A stretch of DNA of 64,000 nt from Vicingaceae bacterium. Its GTDB lineage: Bacteria > Bacteroidota > Bacteroidia > Flavobacteriales_E > Vicingaceae. The notes beneath the pieces are model-generated. The model saw only the letters and a list, made by a program, of their open reading frames with translations. It was not told the DNA's origin and did not search any database. Positions 19,464-29,200 of the stretch are shown here, piece after piece. Positions within the stretch are counted from its first letter, which is position 1. Each line of letters starts with the position of its first letter. Location of the stretch: NCBI GenBank assembly GCA_037969435.1, contig JBBKXK010000014.1:3526-67525 (forward strand). Reading direction: 5' to 3'. Both the position numbers and the translations under genes were made by a program.

Positions 19464-20204
19464 TTATTCTGTTAATTCTACCCAACCACTGTATGTTTTT
19501 CCAGCCACTTTTGCCACATAAAAATATGTAGCTGAATTCATCTTATCTCCATTATTCCCAAACCCTTCCCATACTACATTTGAATTGTCATATCCATCGG
19601 CACCCCAAACTTGCTGTCCCCATCTATTATAGATTTGAACATTATTATCTGGAAATTGTTCTATATTTTCTATAATCCACACATCATTTTTACCATCTCC
19701 GTTCGGAGTGATACCTGTATAAAATTTTAATGTACAATCTTCATCACTATCTAACCCAACAAAAATAGTGGTGGTATAACTACAGTTTGTTCCTCCTATT
19801 ATCGTAACATCATAATCACCTGTTCCTAAAGTGTCTTGTGAAACAACAGTTAAACTATCTCCAAAAGGTTTTATAATTATAGAATAAGGCCCTGGACAAC
19901 CATCAACATTATTAATAAAAATAGAACCATTTCTAGCTCCAGGACATGATTCATTAATAACTTCGTAATCAACTAAAGAGTCTTTTCTGCCTTCGGGTTG
20001 TTGAAATCCTTGAGTTAAAATTCCATTTACTGAAAATAACGATTGAACAACTGCTTCCCCAACAGTTGAAGATAATGACATGGCTGTTCCTACTTGGAAA
20101 CTACCAGTACTTCCAATTACTTGTCGTTCGATAGTAACTTGAGCAACACAAAAATTACTTATTGCAAATAATGCGATGATGGATATTAGTTTTATTTTTT
20201 TCAT
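19464..20204 (-). CDS. Small T9SS type-B sorting-domain protein (246 aa)
   Basis: Start moved to the ATG at 20204 (MKKIKLISIIALF..., signal peptide), because the listed start overlaps the upstream gene. N-terminal 'ILTQGFQQP' motif, Cys-containing SprB-repeat-like segment, and CTD 'ITPNGDGKNDVWII...IYNRWGQQVW...YFYVAKV'. Confidence 0.85.
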   Translation of the reverse strand: MKKIKLISIIALFAISNFCVAQVTIERQVIGSTGSFQVGTAMSLSSTVGEAVVQSLFSVNGILTQGFQQPEGRKDSLVDYEVINESCPGARNGSIFINNVDGCPGPYSIIIKPFGDSLTVVSQDTLGTGDYDVTIIGGTNCSYTTTIFVGLDSDEDCTLKFYTGITPNGDGKNDVWIIENIEQFPDNNVQIYNRWGQQVWGADGYDNSNVVWEGFGNNGDKMNSATYFYVAKVAGKTYSGWVELTE

Positions 20205-20211
20205 AAATATG

Positions 20212-23028
20212 TTATCTATAAATAATGTAATTAAATGTATATGTTCCCCCTGGTGCTGAAGCACCTGTAATATTAAATAAATTTAAACCGACCGTGTTTG
20301 CGGAAACTACAGAAGCACTAGTTAGCACAACTTGCGGAGCAGTTCCTCCTGCCATAGTAATAACAACATAATCACCAACAACTGCACCTGGAATATTTAT
20401 CGCTCTATAGTTATTACTTACACTTGACGTTAAAGCAGTAATTAAGGTCTGAACAGAACCCGCTAAATATTTAGAATTAACATTTCCTGTTGCTCCTAAT
20501 TTAAAAGTTCCGTTTACATCTAATTTTGCAGATGGTGTAATTGTTCCTACACCAAAATTTCCAGCATTAATAAAAGAAGGTAGCGTTGAATTTGCATCAA
20601 AATTAATATTAGTTGTCCCATTATCATTCATTAACAATCTTCCTCTTGTTCCATAACCAAATATTTTAACCGCATCAAATCCATTGTCCGACTCCCTTAC
20701 AGTTAAAGCAAACCCATCTACAGAAGAACGTACTACTAAAGGATCTCCAGAGTTAGATAAAATATTAGTGTTACCACTAACATCTAGTGTTACTGCAGGA
20801 TTAGTTGTTCCAACACCTACATTTCCACCTGTTTTCAATGTTACTACCGGGTTCCCGTTAGTCATAAACAGCACGTCATCATTACTACTTGTACCTATCA
20901 AACCACTGATACCGTTTGATCCAAAATCAACAATTTGTCCTGAAGGGTGCACAAATCTTAAGTATTTACCACCAGAACCCATTGGTGTAATTAATAAAGG
21001 AAATGATGCATTAGTACCAGAAAACATTTGAATATTACCCAAGGTTGGACTTCTAATGTCTAACAGTGCTGTTGGGGCGGATATCCCAATACCAACATTC
21101 CCATTATTTAAAATACTCATTCTAAGTGTTGAAGCAGTAAAGAAATTAAAATCAGTAGCATCAAATAAACTTAACCCACCAGAAAAAAGATTTAACTGAG
21201 ATGGGGCTATAATATCTGAATTAAAACCACCTACAAATTCAATTTCATTTCCAGCCTTAGTGTTAATTGTTAGTGGTGATGTTGGTGAAGTAGTTCCTAT
21301 ACCTATATTTCCATTTATTCCGCTAATAAACAAGCGAGTACCAACACCTGTTCCAAAATTATTCTGAAAAGATAAATTTTCACCTGAAATATGAGAAGTT
21401 AATGTTGGACCATTAGCTTTCATCCCAAAATCTAAAACCGAACCTAAAACCTGGTCTTTAAAAGCTATCGTTGCTCTCATCGCATTTCCTATTCCACTAA
21501 TGTCTTGTATTATAAGGTCAGGGTCACCATCTGCAATATGAAGTTTTTCTTGTGGAGAAGAAGTCCCTATTCCTACTAAATCAGTTGTATTATAAATTTT
21601 ACCTGCGCCAAAAGTCCAATCTCCATCACTTAAACTTGATAAAGGAAATGAATGGCGAACCCCTGCTTCAGTAATTACTAAACTATCACTAGTAGTATTC
21701 AATGCAAATGTTGAAATTCTTTCGTTATTTGGATCAGAATCTGCATCATTTACAGAATCTATTACTATCAATGGATTTCCAGAAGTTCCATTCCCAGATA
21801 TATTTGATCCTGATGAAATAACTACTTGACTGCCCCAATTGTCTCCAGCAGCTGAAGGTAATTGCCAACTAGCATTACCATTTGCATCAGAAGTTAATAT
21901 TTTATTATTTCCTTGGGTTCCGTCATTAATTTTTAGCTTTCCATTAATATGTATACTATCATTTGCAAAATCACCATATATCAATGGACTTGATGAGCTA
22001 GAATTTTCAATATATAACTTATTAGAACCTAATTCATTTTGACCAGCTTTTTCACCAATAGCTATATTACCTGAACCTAGAGTAAATCTTAAAGCCTCAT
22101 ATCCAATAGCAATGTTAGAAGTTCCTCCAACAACATTTTCAAGAGCACCTGTACCTATAGCGACATTACTATACCCTGTTGTCATGTTTTGTAAAGTAGC
22201 AAAACCTACTCCAACATTGTCAAAAGCAGTTGTAGCGTTTCTCATAGATATTTCTCCTATTCCTATGTTTCTATCTCCGGCAAATGAAGAACCACTTATA
22301 GCTCCGTTACCAACTGCAACATTACCGCTGGTTGTAACATTACCAATTAATGTGTTTTCCCCTATAGCTGTATTGGCGCCTCCAGAGATATTATTTTTTA
22401 ATGAGTTTGCACCTATTCCAACGTTTCCATTAAGTGAGAAATCATCATTACTACCCGAGTTTAAACCTATAAATACACTATTCCCGTTGTTATGAATATC
22501 AATCCTTCCTTGTTTAAATGTTACATACTCAACCCCTGCATTTATAAAATGAATTACATCATCATCAGTATTATTGCTATCAACCATTACTTTGGTGTCA
22601 GCATCTCCATCAACTAATTCTATACTATTACCACTTCCATTTAATGCTTGTTTTGCATAAAGTGCATATGGAACTGAAAGAAGTTGAGATGCTCCTATCG
22701 GGTTCCCGTCTACTTCTATGTATAAATAATAAGAACTTGTTCCCCAACTTATAGTGTTAAAAGCTCCTCCTAAAATTGTTCCTCCACCAATTTCTAGTGT
22801 AAACAAACCAAATGCATTAGTAGTTACGGCATGCGCTTCTTTGTAGACATCTGCTCCAGAAGCAGACCCTTGTCTTACCTCTATTACAACAGCTATAGCT
22901 TGAGACACCAATGGGGTCCCAGATAAATCTCTTGCAACGGCTTGATAATTTATCTTTTCTGGAGTTTGAGCAAAAACTCCTATTGTTAAAAACAATAAGA
23001 TTAGTAAAATGGAATATTTGTTTTTCAT
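20212..23028 (-). CDS. Tail-fibre-like giant secreted protein C (938 aa): shared N-terminal module, NxAxG-type repeats, GIGT-motif shaft, unknown C-terminal knob
   Basis: Signal peptide. N-module about 90% identical to protein B. Repeats such as 'NTAIGENTL', 'NVAVGNGAI', 'NIGIGEISM', 'NVAIGTGAL', 'NIAIGYEAL'. Five 'G(I/V)G(T/I)..P...L.(I/V)' motifs. One 'KILTSDANGNASWQ'. Confidence 0.85.
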   Translation of the reverse strand: MKNKYSILLILLFLTIGVFAQTPEKINYQAVARDLSGTPLVSQAIAVVIEVRQGSASGADVYKEAHAVTTNAFGLFTLEIGGGTILGGAFNTISWGTSSYYLYIEVDGNPIGASQLLSVPYALYAKQALNGSGNSIELVDGDADTKVMVDSNNTDDDVIHFINAGVEYVTFKQGRIDIHNNGNSVFIGLNSGSNDDFSLNGNVGIGANSLKNNISGGANTAIGENTLIGNVTTSGNVAVGNGAISGSSFAGDRNIGIGEISMRNATTAFDNVGVGFATLQNMTTGYSNVAIGTGALENVVGGTSNIAIGYEALRFTLGSGNIAIGEKAGQNELGSNKLYIENSSSSSPLIYGDFANDSIHINGKLKINDGTQGNNKILTSDANGNASWQLPSAAGDNWGSQVVISSGSNISGNGTSGNPLIVIDSVNDADSDPNNERISTFALNTTSDSLVITEAGVRHSFPLSSLSDGDWTFGAGKIYNTTDLVGIGTSSPQEKLHIADGDPDLIIQDISGIGNAMRATIAFKDQVLGSVLDFGMKANGPTLTSHISGENLSFQNNFGTGVGTRLFISGINGNIGIGTTSPTSPLTINTKAGNEIEFVGGFNSDIIAPSQLNLFSGGLSLFDATDFNFFTASTLRMSILNNGNVGIGISAPTALLDIRSPTLGNIQMFSGTNASFPLLITPMGSGGKYLRFVHPSGQIVDFGSNGISGLIGTSSNDDVLFMTNGNPVVTLKTGGNVGVGTTNPAVTLDVSGNTNILSNSGDPLVVRSSVDGFALTVRESDNGFDAVKIFGYGTRGRLLMNDNGTTNINFDANSTLPSFINAGNFGVGTITPSAKLDVNGTFKLGATGNVNSKYLAGSVQTLITALTSSVSNNYRAINIPGAVVGDYVVITMAGGTAPQVVLTSASVVSANTVGLNLFNITGASAPGGTYTFNYIIYR
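22636..22971 (-). repeat. Direct repeat copy 1 (N-terminal module of fibre C)
   Basis: Aligns without gaps to 25823-26158. I counted 10 aa differences in 112 aa. Nucleotide identity is roughly 80-85% by eye. Longest exact run seen is 26 nt (tataaataataagaacttgttcccca). Confidence 0.8.
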
Positions 23029-23044
23029 AAGTAGTTAGTTATGG

Positions 23045-26000
23045 TTATTTATTTTTTAATAATTCAACCTCTTTCTTTAATTCCTCAATCATCTTTTGTT
23101 GTTCTTTAATTGCATTAATAAGCATGTAAGTCATAGCTCCATTATCTACACCTAAATATTTTTCAGTACCTAACGACTCACCTGTTTCTTCGTTTGTTGA
23201 TGTATATTCCCATTCGTTTACCATATATGGAGCTATTTTTCTAAGTTCTTGTGCAATTATACCAACACCTGTTTCATTAGGCATACCTGCCTTACCATTA
23301 TAAGTAAACCAAACTGGATTTATTTTTAAGACATCATTTAAACCTCCCTGGAAAGGTTTTATGTCTTTTTTTAGACGAGCATCAGAAGCAACAGTCCATA
23401 CATTCGAAGTTGGTTTTGCAGCACTATTTGTATTTAAAGTTAATTTATATGCTGGTGCAACGTCATAATATAAAGCAGTGTTTCCATTATTTGCAACCAT
23501 AAAATTTGTGCCCCCATTAAGTTGTGCTCTAAAAATCGGATTAGTTCCTGTCTCATTTACCATTAATTTAGTTCCTCCTGCAGTAGCACCAATACCTACA
23601 TCTCCAGCAACAAGTAACCCATTTACTGGTGCAGTTATAGTTCCAGAATAAGTACCCCCAATAACAGCTGCACCTTCAACATCTAATCTGTTAACTGGAT
23701 TAAGAACCCCTATTCCAGTGTTTCCCACTATTGCGTTTTCCATATTCAAAGGGCCTGTTATATATAAACCATAAACATTACCTGAGGTAGTAGATCCGGA
23801 CGCATCTAACCTAAACCCATAAACATCTCCTGTTCCATCATGATCTAAACTATTATAACTTCCATACATATCCCCAGAACCGGAAGACTGTATACTACTA
23901 TATAAACCATACCTAGGTCCATTGCCGCCTGTTTGGATTAAATTTCTATAACCATATACCGTTGAAGATGAAGAAGCTGAAGGAGTCATATAGTTCCACA
24001 TACCAGTCATCCCCCCAGTTCCTGAAGCTATCATTCTATTATAATAGCCATACATTAAAGAACCTCCATTATATTCATTTAATGCTTCTATAGAAGTATA
24101 TATATTACTAGTTGTTGGAGTATGAATGTAAACCTTTGCACTTGCCGAGCTGTTTGAGACTGTTCCTATTCTAAGATTATCTTGTATATGCACATCTCCT
24201 GTATTAGCACCGCCTCCACCAAAAAAACCAGCCCAATTTCCTGTTCCAGCCGTTGACCATCCTCTAACCCCTATATTAGCAGCAGTTCCTGAAATTGCAA
24301 TTCCTTCAACACCTATATTATCCCCAGAAGACCCACCAGAAGCATTAAAAGAGCCTCCTTTATTGTCTCCTGTCCCCAATCCATTTATTGCAATACCGGT
24401 AACTCCTATCTTACTACTTGCTGAGTTAGTTCCTGAAGTTTCTATGTATGCTCCCCTAACATTTGTAGTTGTTCTAACTTCTAATGGAAATGTAGGCGAA
24501 GTTGTTCCTATTCCTACTTGGCCGGCATTACCATTGTATATATCAGTACCATTAACCAACCAAGCGCTACCTAAAGCAAGTGTTGAAGGATCGGTCCAAG
24601 TCATAACTCCTGATGCATTAGCAACAGGTATATATCCATTTACCGCACCTGTTCTCATTCTTATTTGTCCATTTACATCTAATTTTTCTGTTGGCACATT
24701 AGTACCGATACCAACATCTGAATTCCCTTTTACATATAACCCAGAAGCATTACCAACTGCACTAAATATTGTTCTTGCAGATACTGATGTGTTTGAGTAA
24801 ACTGATAATCCATCACCTGCAGTATTTCCTTGCTGAATGTAGGTTGCAAAAGCTGTTGAATTATCTTCAACATGTAGTTTTCTTGTTGGAGTAAAAACCC
24901 CTATACCAACATTACCTGCATTACCATTTCTAATTGCAATTCCATTTGGAATCCAATCACTGTCTGCAAAACTTGACATAGGTACTTGTCTAGTCCCACC
25001 ACCATCAGTAATTTCCAAATTTAGCCCATTAACAGCAAACCCAGTATTATACTCGTTTGATGGGTCAAAATCAGCATCATTTACATTATCAGTAGATGCA
25101 ATAGTAAAATTAGGATATGTTCCTGATACTGTTGTTGCTCCTGAACCAGTAATAGCTACAGTTTGGTCTGGCATTGTATTGGTAATAACGTTACTTACAA
25201 TACTAATTCCTGTGCCAGCTGTATATGTTGGTCCTGATAAACTACTTAAGTTAACTGTTCCACCCCCATTTGAAAGTGTTAAATTTGGAGTTGCAAAAGA
25301 CAATTGTTGAATTTCATTGGTAGATAGTGAATCTCCATCAGCAATACTAAAGGTTACCCCAGTTCCATTTTGTATATCAATGGTTTGGTTATTACCAGAT
25401 TTACCCCCATTAATCAAGTTTTGATTATCCGTATTTGCAGGTACAGTTTGTGCTACCCAATTTATCCCATTCCAGTATAAATAATCTCCTGTTGAAGGAG
25501 TTGTTGCAGATATATTTGCACCTGTTCCTTGTGTAATATTAATTGTATTTCCAGTAATTGATAAATCTTGCAACTCATTTGTACTATCTAAATCTCCTGT
25601 GTTACTAATAACATTTGCTAAAACACTAATTCCTGGTCCTCCTGTTAAACTACCTGCAGTTCCATCTTGTGCTAATATTTGCCATGTTGCACCATCCCAA
25701 ATAAAAGATTGTCCTGTGGTTGAATTATAATAAGCATCGTTTAAATTAGGTGTAGCTGGCGCTGAACTTAATGTTCCCAACCAATTTATTCCAATACCTT
25801 GAGGCCCTTGAGCTCCTGTTGGTCCATTTAAAGATTCTTTAGAATATAGTGCATAAGGTACAGAAAGTAATTGTGATGCCCCTATTGGGTTTCCATCTAC
25901 TTCTATATATAAATAATAAGAACTTGTTCCCCAGCTTATAGTATTAAAAGCTCCACCTAAAAGTGTACCTCCTCCAATTTCTAACGTAAATAATCCAAAT

Positions 26001-26209
26001 GCGTTAGTAGTTACTGCATGCGATTCTTTATAAACATCTCCTCCAGAAGCAGAGCCTTGTCTTACTTCAATAACTACTGAAATTGCTTGAGAAGCTACCG
26101 GATTACCTGATAAATCTCGAGCTACAGCCTGATAATTTATTTTTTCTGGAGTTTGAGCATAAACTCCTAAACATAAAAACATTAGTATTAAAGTAATTTT
26201 TGTTTTCAT
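23045..26209 (-). CDS. Tail-fibre-like giant secreted protein B (1054 aa) with C-terminal Peptidase_S74-type intramolecular chaperone domain
   Basis: Signal peptide, shared N-module, short collagen-like 'GPTGAQGPQGIG', five GIG(T/V/A) shaft motifs. C-terminal 113 aa 'SDARLKKDIKPF...GIIAQELRKIAP...YLGVDNGAMTYMLINAIKEQQKMIEELKKEVELLKNK'. Confidence 0.9.
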   Translation of the reverse strand: MKTKITLILMFLCLGVYAQTPEKINYQAVARDLSGNPVASQAISVVIEVRQGSASGGDVYKESHAVTTNAFGLFTLEIGGGTLLGGAFNTISWGTSSYYLYIEVDGNPIGASQLLSVPYALYSKESLNGPTGAQGPQGIGINWLGTLSSAPATPNLNDAYYNSTTGQSFIWDGATWQILAQDGTAGSLTGGPGISVLANVISNTGDLDSTNELQDLSITGNTINITQGTGANISATTPSTGDYLYWNGINWVAQTVPANTDNQNLINGGKSGNNQTIDIQNGTGVTFSIADGDSLSTNEIQQLSFATPNLTLSNGGGTVNLSSLSGPTYTAGTGISIVSNVITNTMPDQTVAITGSGATTVSGTYPNFTIASTDNVNDADFDPSNEYNTGFAVNGLNLEITDGGGTRQVPMSSFADSDWIPNGIAIRNGNAGNVGIGVFTPTRKLHVEDNSTAFATYIQQGNTAGDGLSVYSNTSVSARTIFSAVGNASGLYVKGNSDVGIGTNVPTEKLDVNGQIRMRTGAVNGYIPVANASGVMTWTDPSTLALGSAWLVNGTDIYNGNAGQVGIGTTSPTFPLEVRTTTNVRGAYIETSGTNSASSKIGVTGIAINGLGTGDNKGGSFNASGGSSGDNIGVEGIAISGTAANIGVRGWSTAGTGNWAGFFGGGGANTGDVHIQDNLRIGTVSNSSASAKVYIHTPTTSNIYTSIEALNEYNGGSLMYGYYNRMIASGTGGMTGMWNYMTPSASSSSTVYGYRNLIQTGGNGPRYGLYSSIQSSGSGDMYGSYNSLDHDGTGDVYGFRLDASGSTTSGNVYGLYITGPLNMENAIVGNTGIGVLNPVNRLDVEGAAVIGGTYSGTITAPVNGLLVAGDVGIGATAGGTKLMVNETGTNPIFRAQLNGGTNFMVANNGNTALYYDVAPAYKLTLNTNSAAKPTSNVWTVASDARLKKDIKPFQGGLNDVLKINPVWFTYNGKAGMPNETGVGIIAQELRKIAPYMVNEWEYTSTNEETGESLGTEKYLGVDNGAMTYMLINAIKEQQKMIEELKKEVELLKNK
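25823..26158 (-). repeat. Direct repeat copy 2 (N-terminal module of fibre B)
   Basis: See the 22636-22971 entry. Same orientation, about 3.2 kb apart. Confidence 0.8.
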
Positions 26210-26222
26210 AATAATCGTTTTT

Positions 26223-29200
26223 TTAATTAGCGTAAACTAAATGTCCACTAAACCATGTGCCTGCAGAAGATTGTACACTTGTGCCTGCGGGAGCAGAGTT
26301 TACCCTTATATCAATGGTGTCGCCAGCAGCTAATCTCATTGTTGTAACAAATGTAATATTATTTGGTTGTCCTGATGTTAAATATGCTGTTTGCTCTTTG
26401 TTATCAAGTCCATTTTTTCTCAGGGTTACATTTAAAGATCCATTTGATAAACTAACGATAGCCATTACAGATAGATTAAAAGAATAAATACCATTAACAG
26501 GGGCAGTAAACACGCTAGTAGCAGAATTATAATTTGCACCATCATCAAAAAATACAGTGCCAAATTGTAAGGCTCCTAAACTTAATGAAGGTAAGCCAGA
26601 AACATGTGCTTCAAAAGCTACTTGTCTCGTTTTCCAAGTAGCAAAGCCAGAAGCATCAGAGGTTAAAATTTTACCTGCCCCTTCTGTTCCATCAGTTAAT
26701 TTAAAAGTTCCATTTACATCTAGTTTAGCTGAAGGAATACCTGTACCAATACCAATATTACCATTAGGCGCAATTCTCATTGCTTCATTTGATACTCCAA
26801 TTCCAATAGGGGTTGTATGAAACTCAAGATGAGATCCATGGGCGGTACTTCCAAAAGTTTCATCAGCAAAAGCTCTAATACTAACCGCTTCAGATAAATT
26901 AAAAGCATTATCCATACCTATAAACTCTAGTTTACCTAATCTATCTCCATTTTGAACTCCAGCAGGAACTGCTGCTGTTCCTCTAGAACGAATTAAAGCT
27001 AAGCTACTTCCATCGGAAACATTGTTATTAAATGATTGTGCTGCAATAATTGTCTGACCATCTTTAGCTACATGAAGGCTTACAATAGGGCTTGTTGTTC
27101 CTATACCCACATTAACTGAATTAGCTCCTATTCCACCAAGTACCAAACTATTATTAGCACTTACTACAGAATTGGCTCCAATTGCTGTAGCATTAGTTAA
27201 ATTTGCGATTCCTGCATCTGCTGATTTTCCAATAAAAGTATTGTTATTACCCGATGTGAGAGTTATTCCTGCATCTGCTCCAAAACTAGAATTATTGCTT
27301 CCTGTAGAGTTTTGAAGTGATGCTGTACCAAATGCTGAATTTCTGTTTCCAGTAGAATTAAGTCTTAATACTTCATAACCTAATGAACTATTAAAAACTC
27401 CAGTTGTATTATTCTGACTTGCTCTAAATCCAACAGCAGTATTACTGCCTCCGGTATTTAACCTCAATGCTTCTCTACCTATAGCTGTGTTGGTTCCCCC
27501 TGACACATTGGAAAGTAATGCTGCTGATCCTAAAGCAACATTTTCAACACCTGTTGTATTGGAATTTCCTGCATCATGACCAATGAAAGTATTCAAATTA
27601 TTTGTTAAATCATCATTAAGCCCTGCACCTTGTCCAATAAAAACGCTATTTCCAGAATTTATTACTTCAAACCTAGGCCCTATCATTGTAAAGTACTCTG
27701 CTGCAGTATATCCTGTGCTGTTTCCAAGATTAAAATGGATAACATCTTGATCCGGTGCTGCTTCTAAATTAATATATGTGTCTCCATCAGCATCTATAAT
27801 AGAAGTATCATTACTTGAACTAAATGATGGTGTCTGCCAACTAGCATTACCTGAAGCATCAGAGGTTAAAATTTTATTTGCCCCTGCTCCTGTTGGTATT
27901 AATAATCCAACTGGAAATTCAGCCCTACCATCATTTAATAATCTTAAAGCCTGAACATTAGTGGTTGTCCCATTCATTATTGTATTAAATATTATTTCAC
28001 TACCAAATGAGGAGCTTGTAAAGTTTTCAGTAGCTTTAGCATAAATTTGTGGTCCTCCTCCAAATCCAGAAGAATGGTGCCCTGGGAAAGCTATTTGTCC
28101 TATCAGGTCTCCACTAACAATTGCACCTCTATTGGGTGAGGTAAAATTATTTCTTGCTGCTACCAAAAGACCAGGTTGATTAAATCCTTCTGAAATTATC
28201 CCATTACCAACAGTATTGTCATCCATAACATGAAAAGAACTTAGTGGGGGTGCAATATTGTTAATCCCTACTTTACTATCTCCATAAACTATGAAAGGAA
28301 TTTTATTAGTAACACCATTATTATATGCAATACTATAGCCAGAAGTTGCATCAACTGCATTAAGACCTGCTTCAACAATCCAATATTTGTTAGCAACTGT
28401 GTTAGTATGTTTAATCCTAGAAAATCCAGAAGATGTTTCGTGTAACTGTAAAGTTGGAATTGCGGTAGTGGAAGAATTTGCAATATGTAGTTTACCAGAA
28501 GCAGGGCCACCTATACCAACCTTAGTGGCAGTAATGCTCATTTCTCCTGATGTGGCAGAAATAATACTTCCAGTTGTTGTCCCACCATTTTGAAGTTTTA
28601 TACCTGCACTATTACTGCCAGTAGCATTAACATCAATTGTAGCCCCAAAAAAACCTGCTCTTTCAAATAAGGCTATAGTAGTTATGGCTGGATTTCCCCC
28701 TGACACATGAAATTTGTGAGAAGGTAAAGTTCCAACACCTACATTTCCTGTATTAAAATAAATATCTGGTGAGTTACTTTGCCATAAACTCCCACCTAAA
28801 CCTAAAGAATTTGGGTTTGTCCATTTCGCTTGTCCAAAACCATCATTAGCTAAAATCCAATTTGTACTATCCTTATTATTTCCAATTAAATAAAGTGAAT
28901 CTGTTACAAATGTTCCTTGATTAATATTAATAATGTTTCCTGTAGGTGATATATTAAAAATGGAGTCTGAATTATTATAAACAAAATCTTGAGCAACATT
29001 ACTTATAACCCTAGCATATGATGTTATTGTACTATCTGAACTAATGCCAATATGCCCTCCGTTTATATTATTACTTATTCCTAACAACTTTTGAGCTGGA
29101 TCTAATGCGATAATTGCAGTGTCTGTTCCTGATAAAAAAATTGTTCCAATTGTAGCCCCAGGGTTTGTATTAGATATCCCTATTATTGATGCTCCAGGAT

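Noticed and set aside
20205-20264. Listed N-terminal extension (MLQHQGEHIHLITLFIDNIF) of the small type-B cargo
   Set aside because: It overlaps the 3' end of fibre C by 53 nt and precedes a perfect signal peptide that starts at the internal ATG (20204).
25787-25822. Collagen triple-helix region in fibre B (GPTGAQGPQGIG)
   Set aside because: Only four G-X-Y triplets are present, too short to call a collagen-like domain. It is noted only as a possible trimer-registering linker.
20684-28593. Plus-strand ORFs inside the fibre genes (20684-21031, 21839-22042, 22112-22495, 24363-24800, 26257-26487, 26557-26820, 28387-28593)
   Set aside because: They are antisense to long, motif-rich minus-strand genes. 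Their P/V/T/L-rich translations are the expected mirror of G/N/S/T-rich repeats. None has a signal peptide, a recognisable motif or a promoter context.
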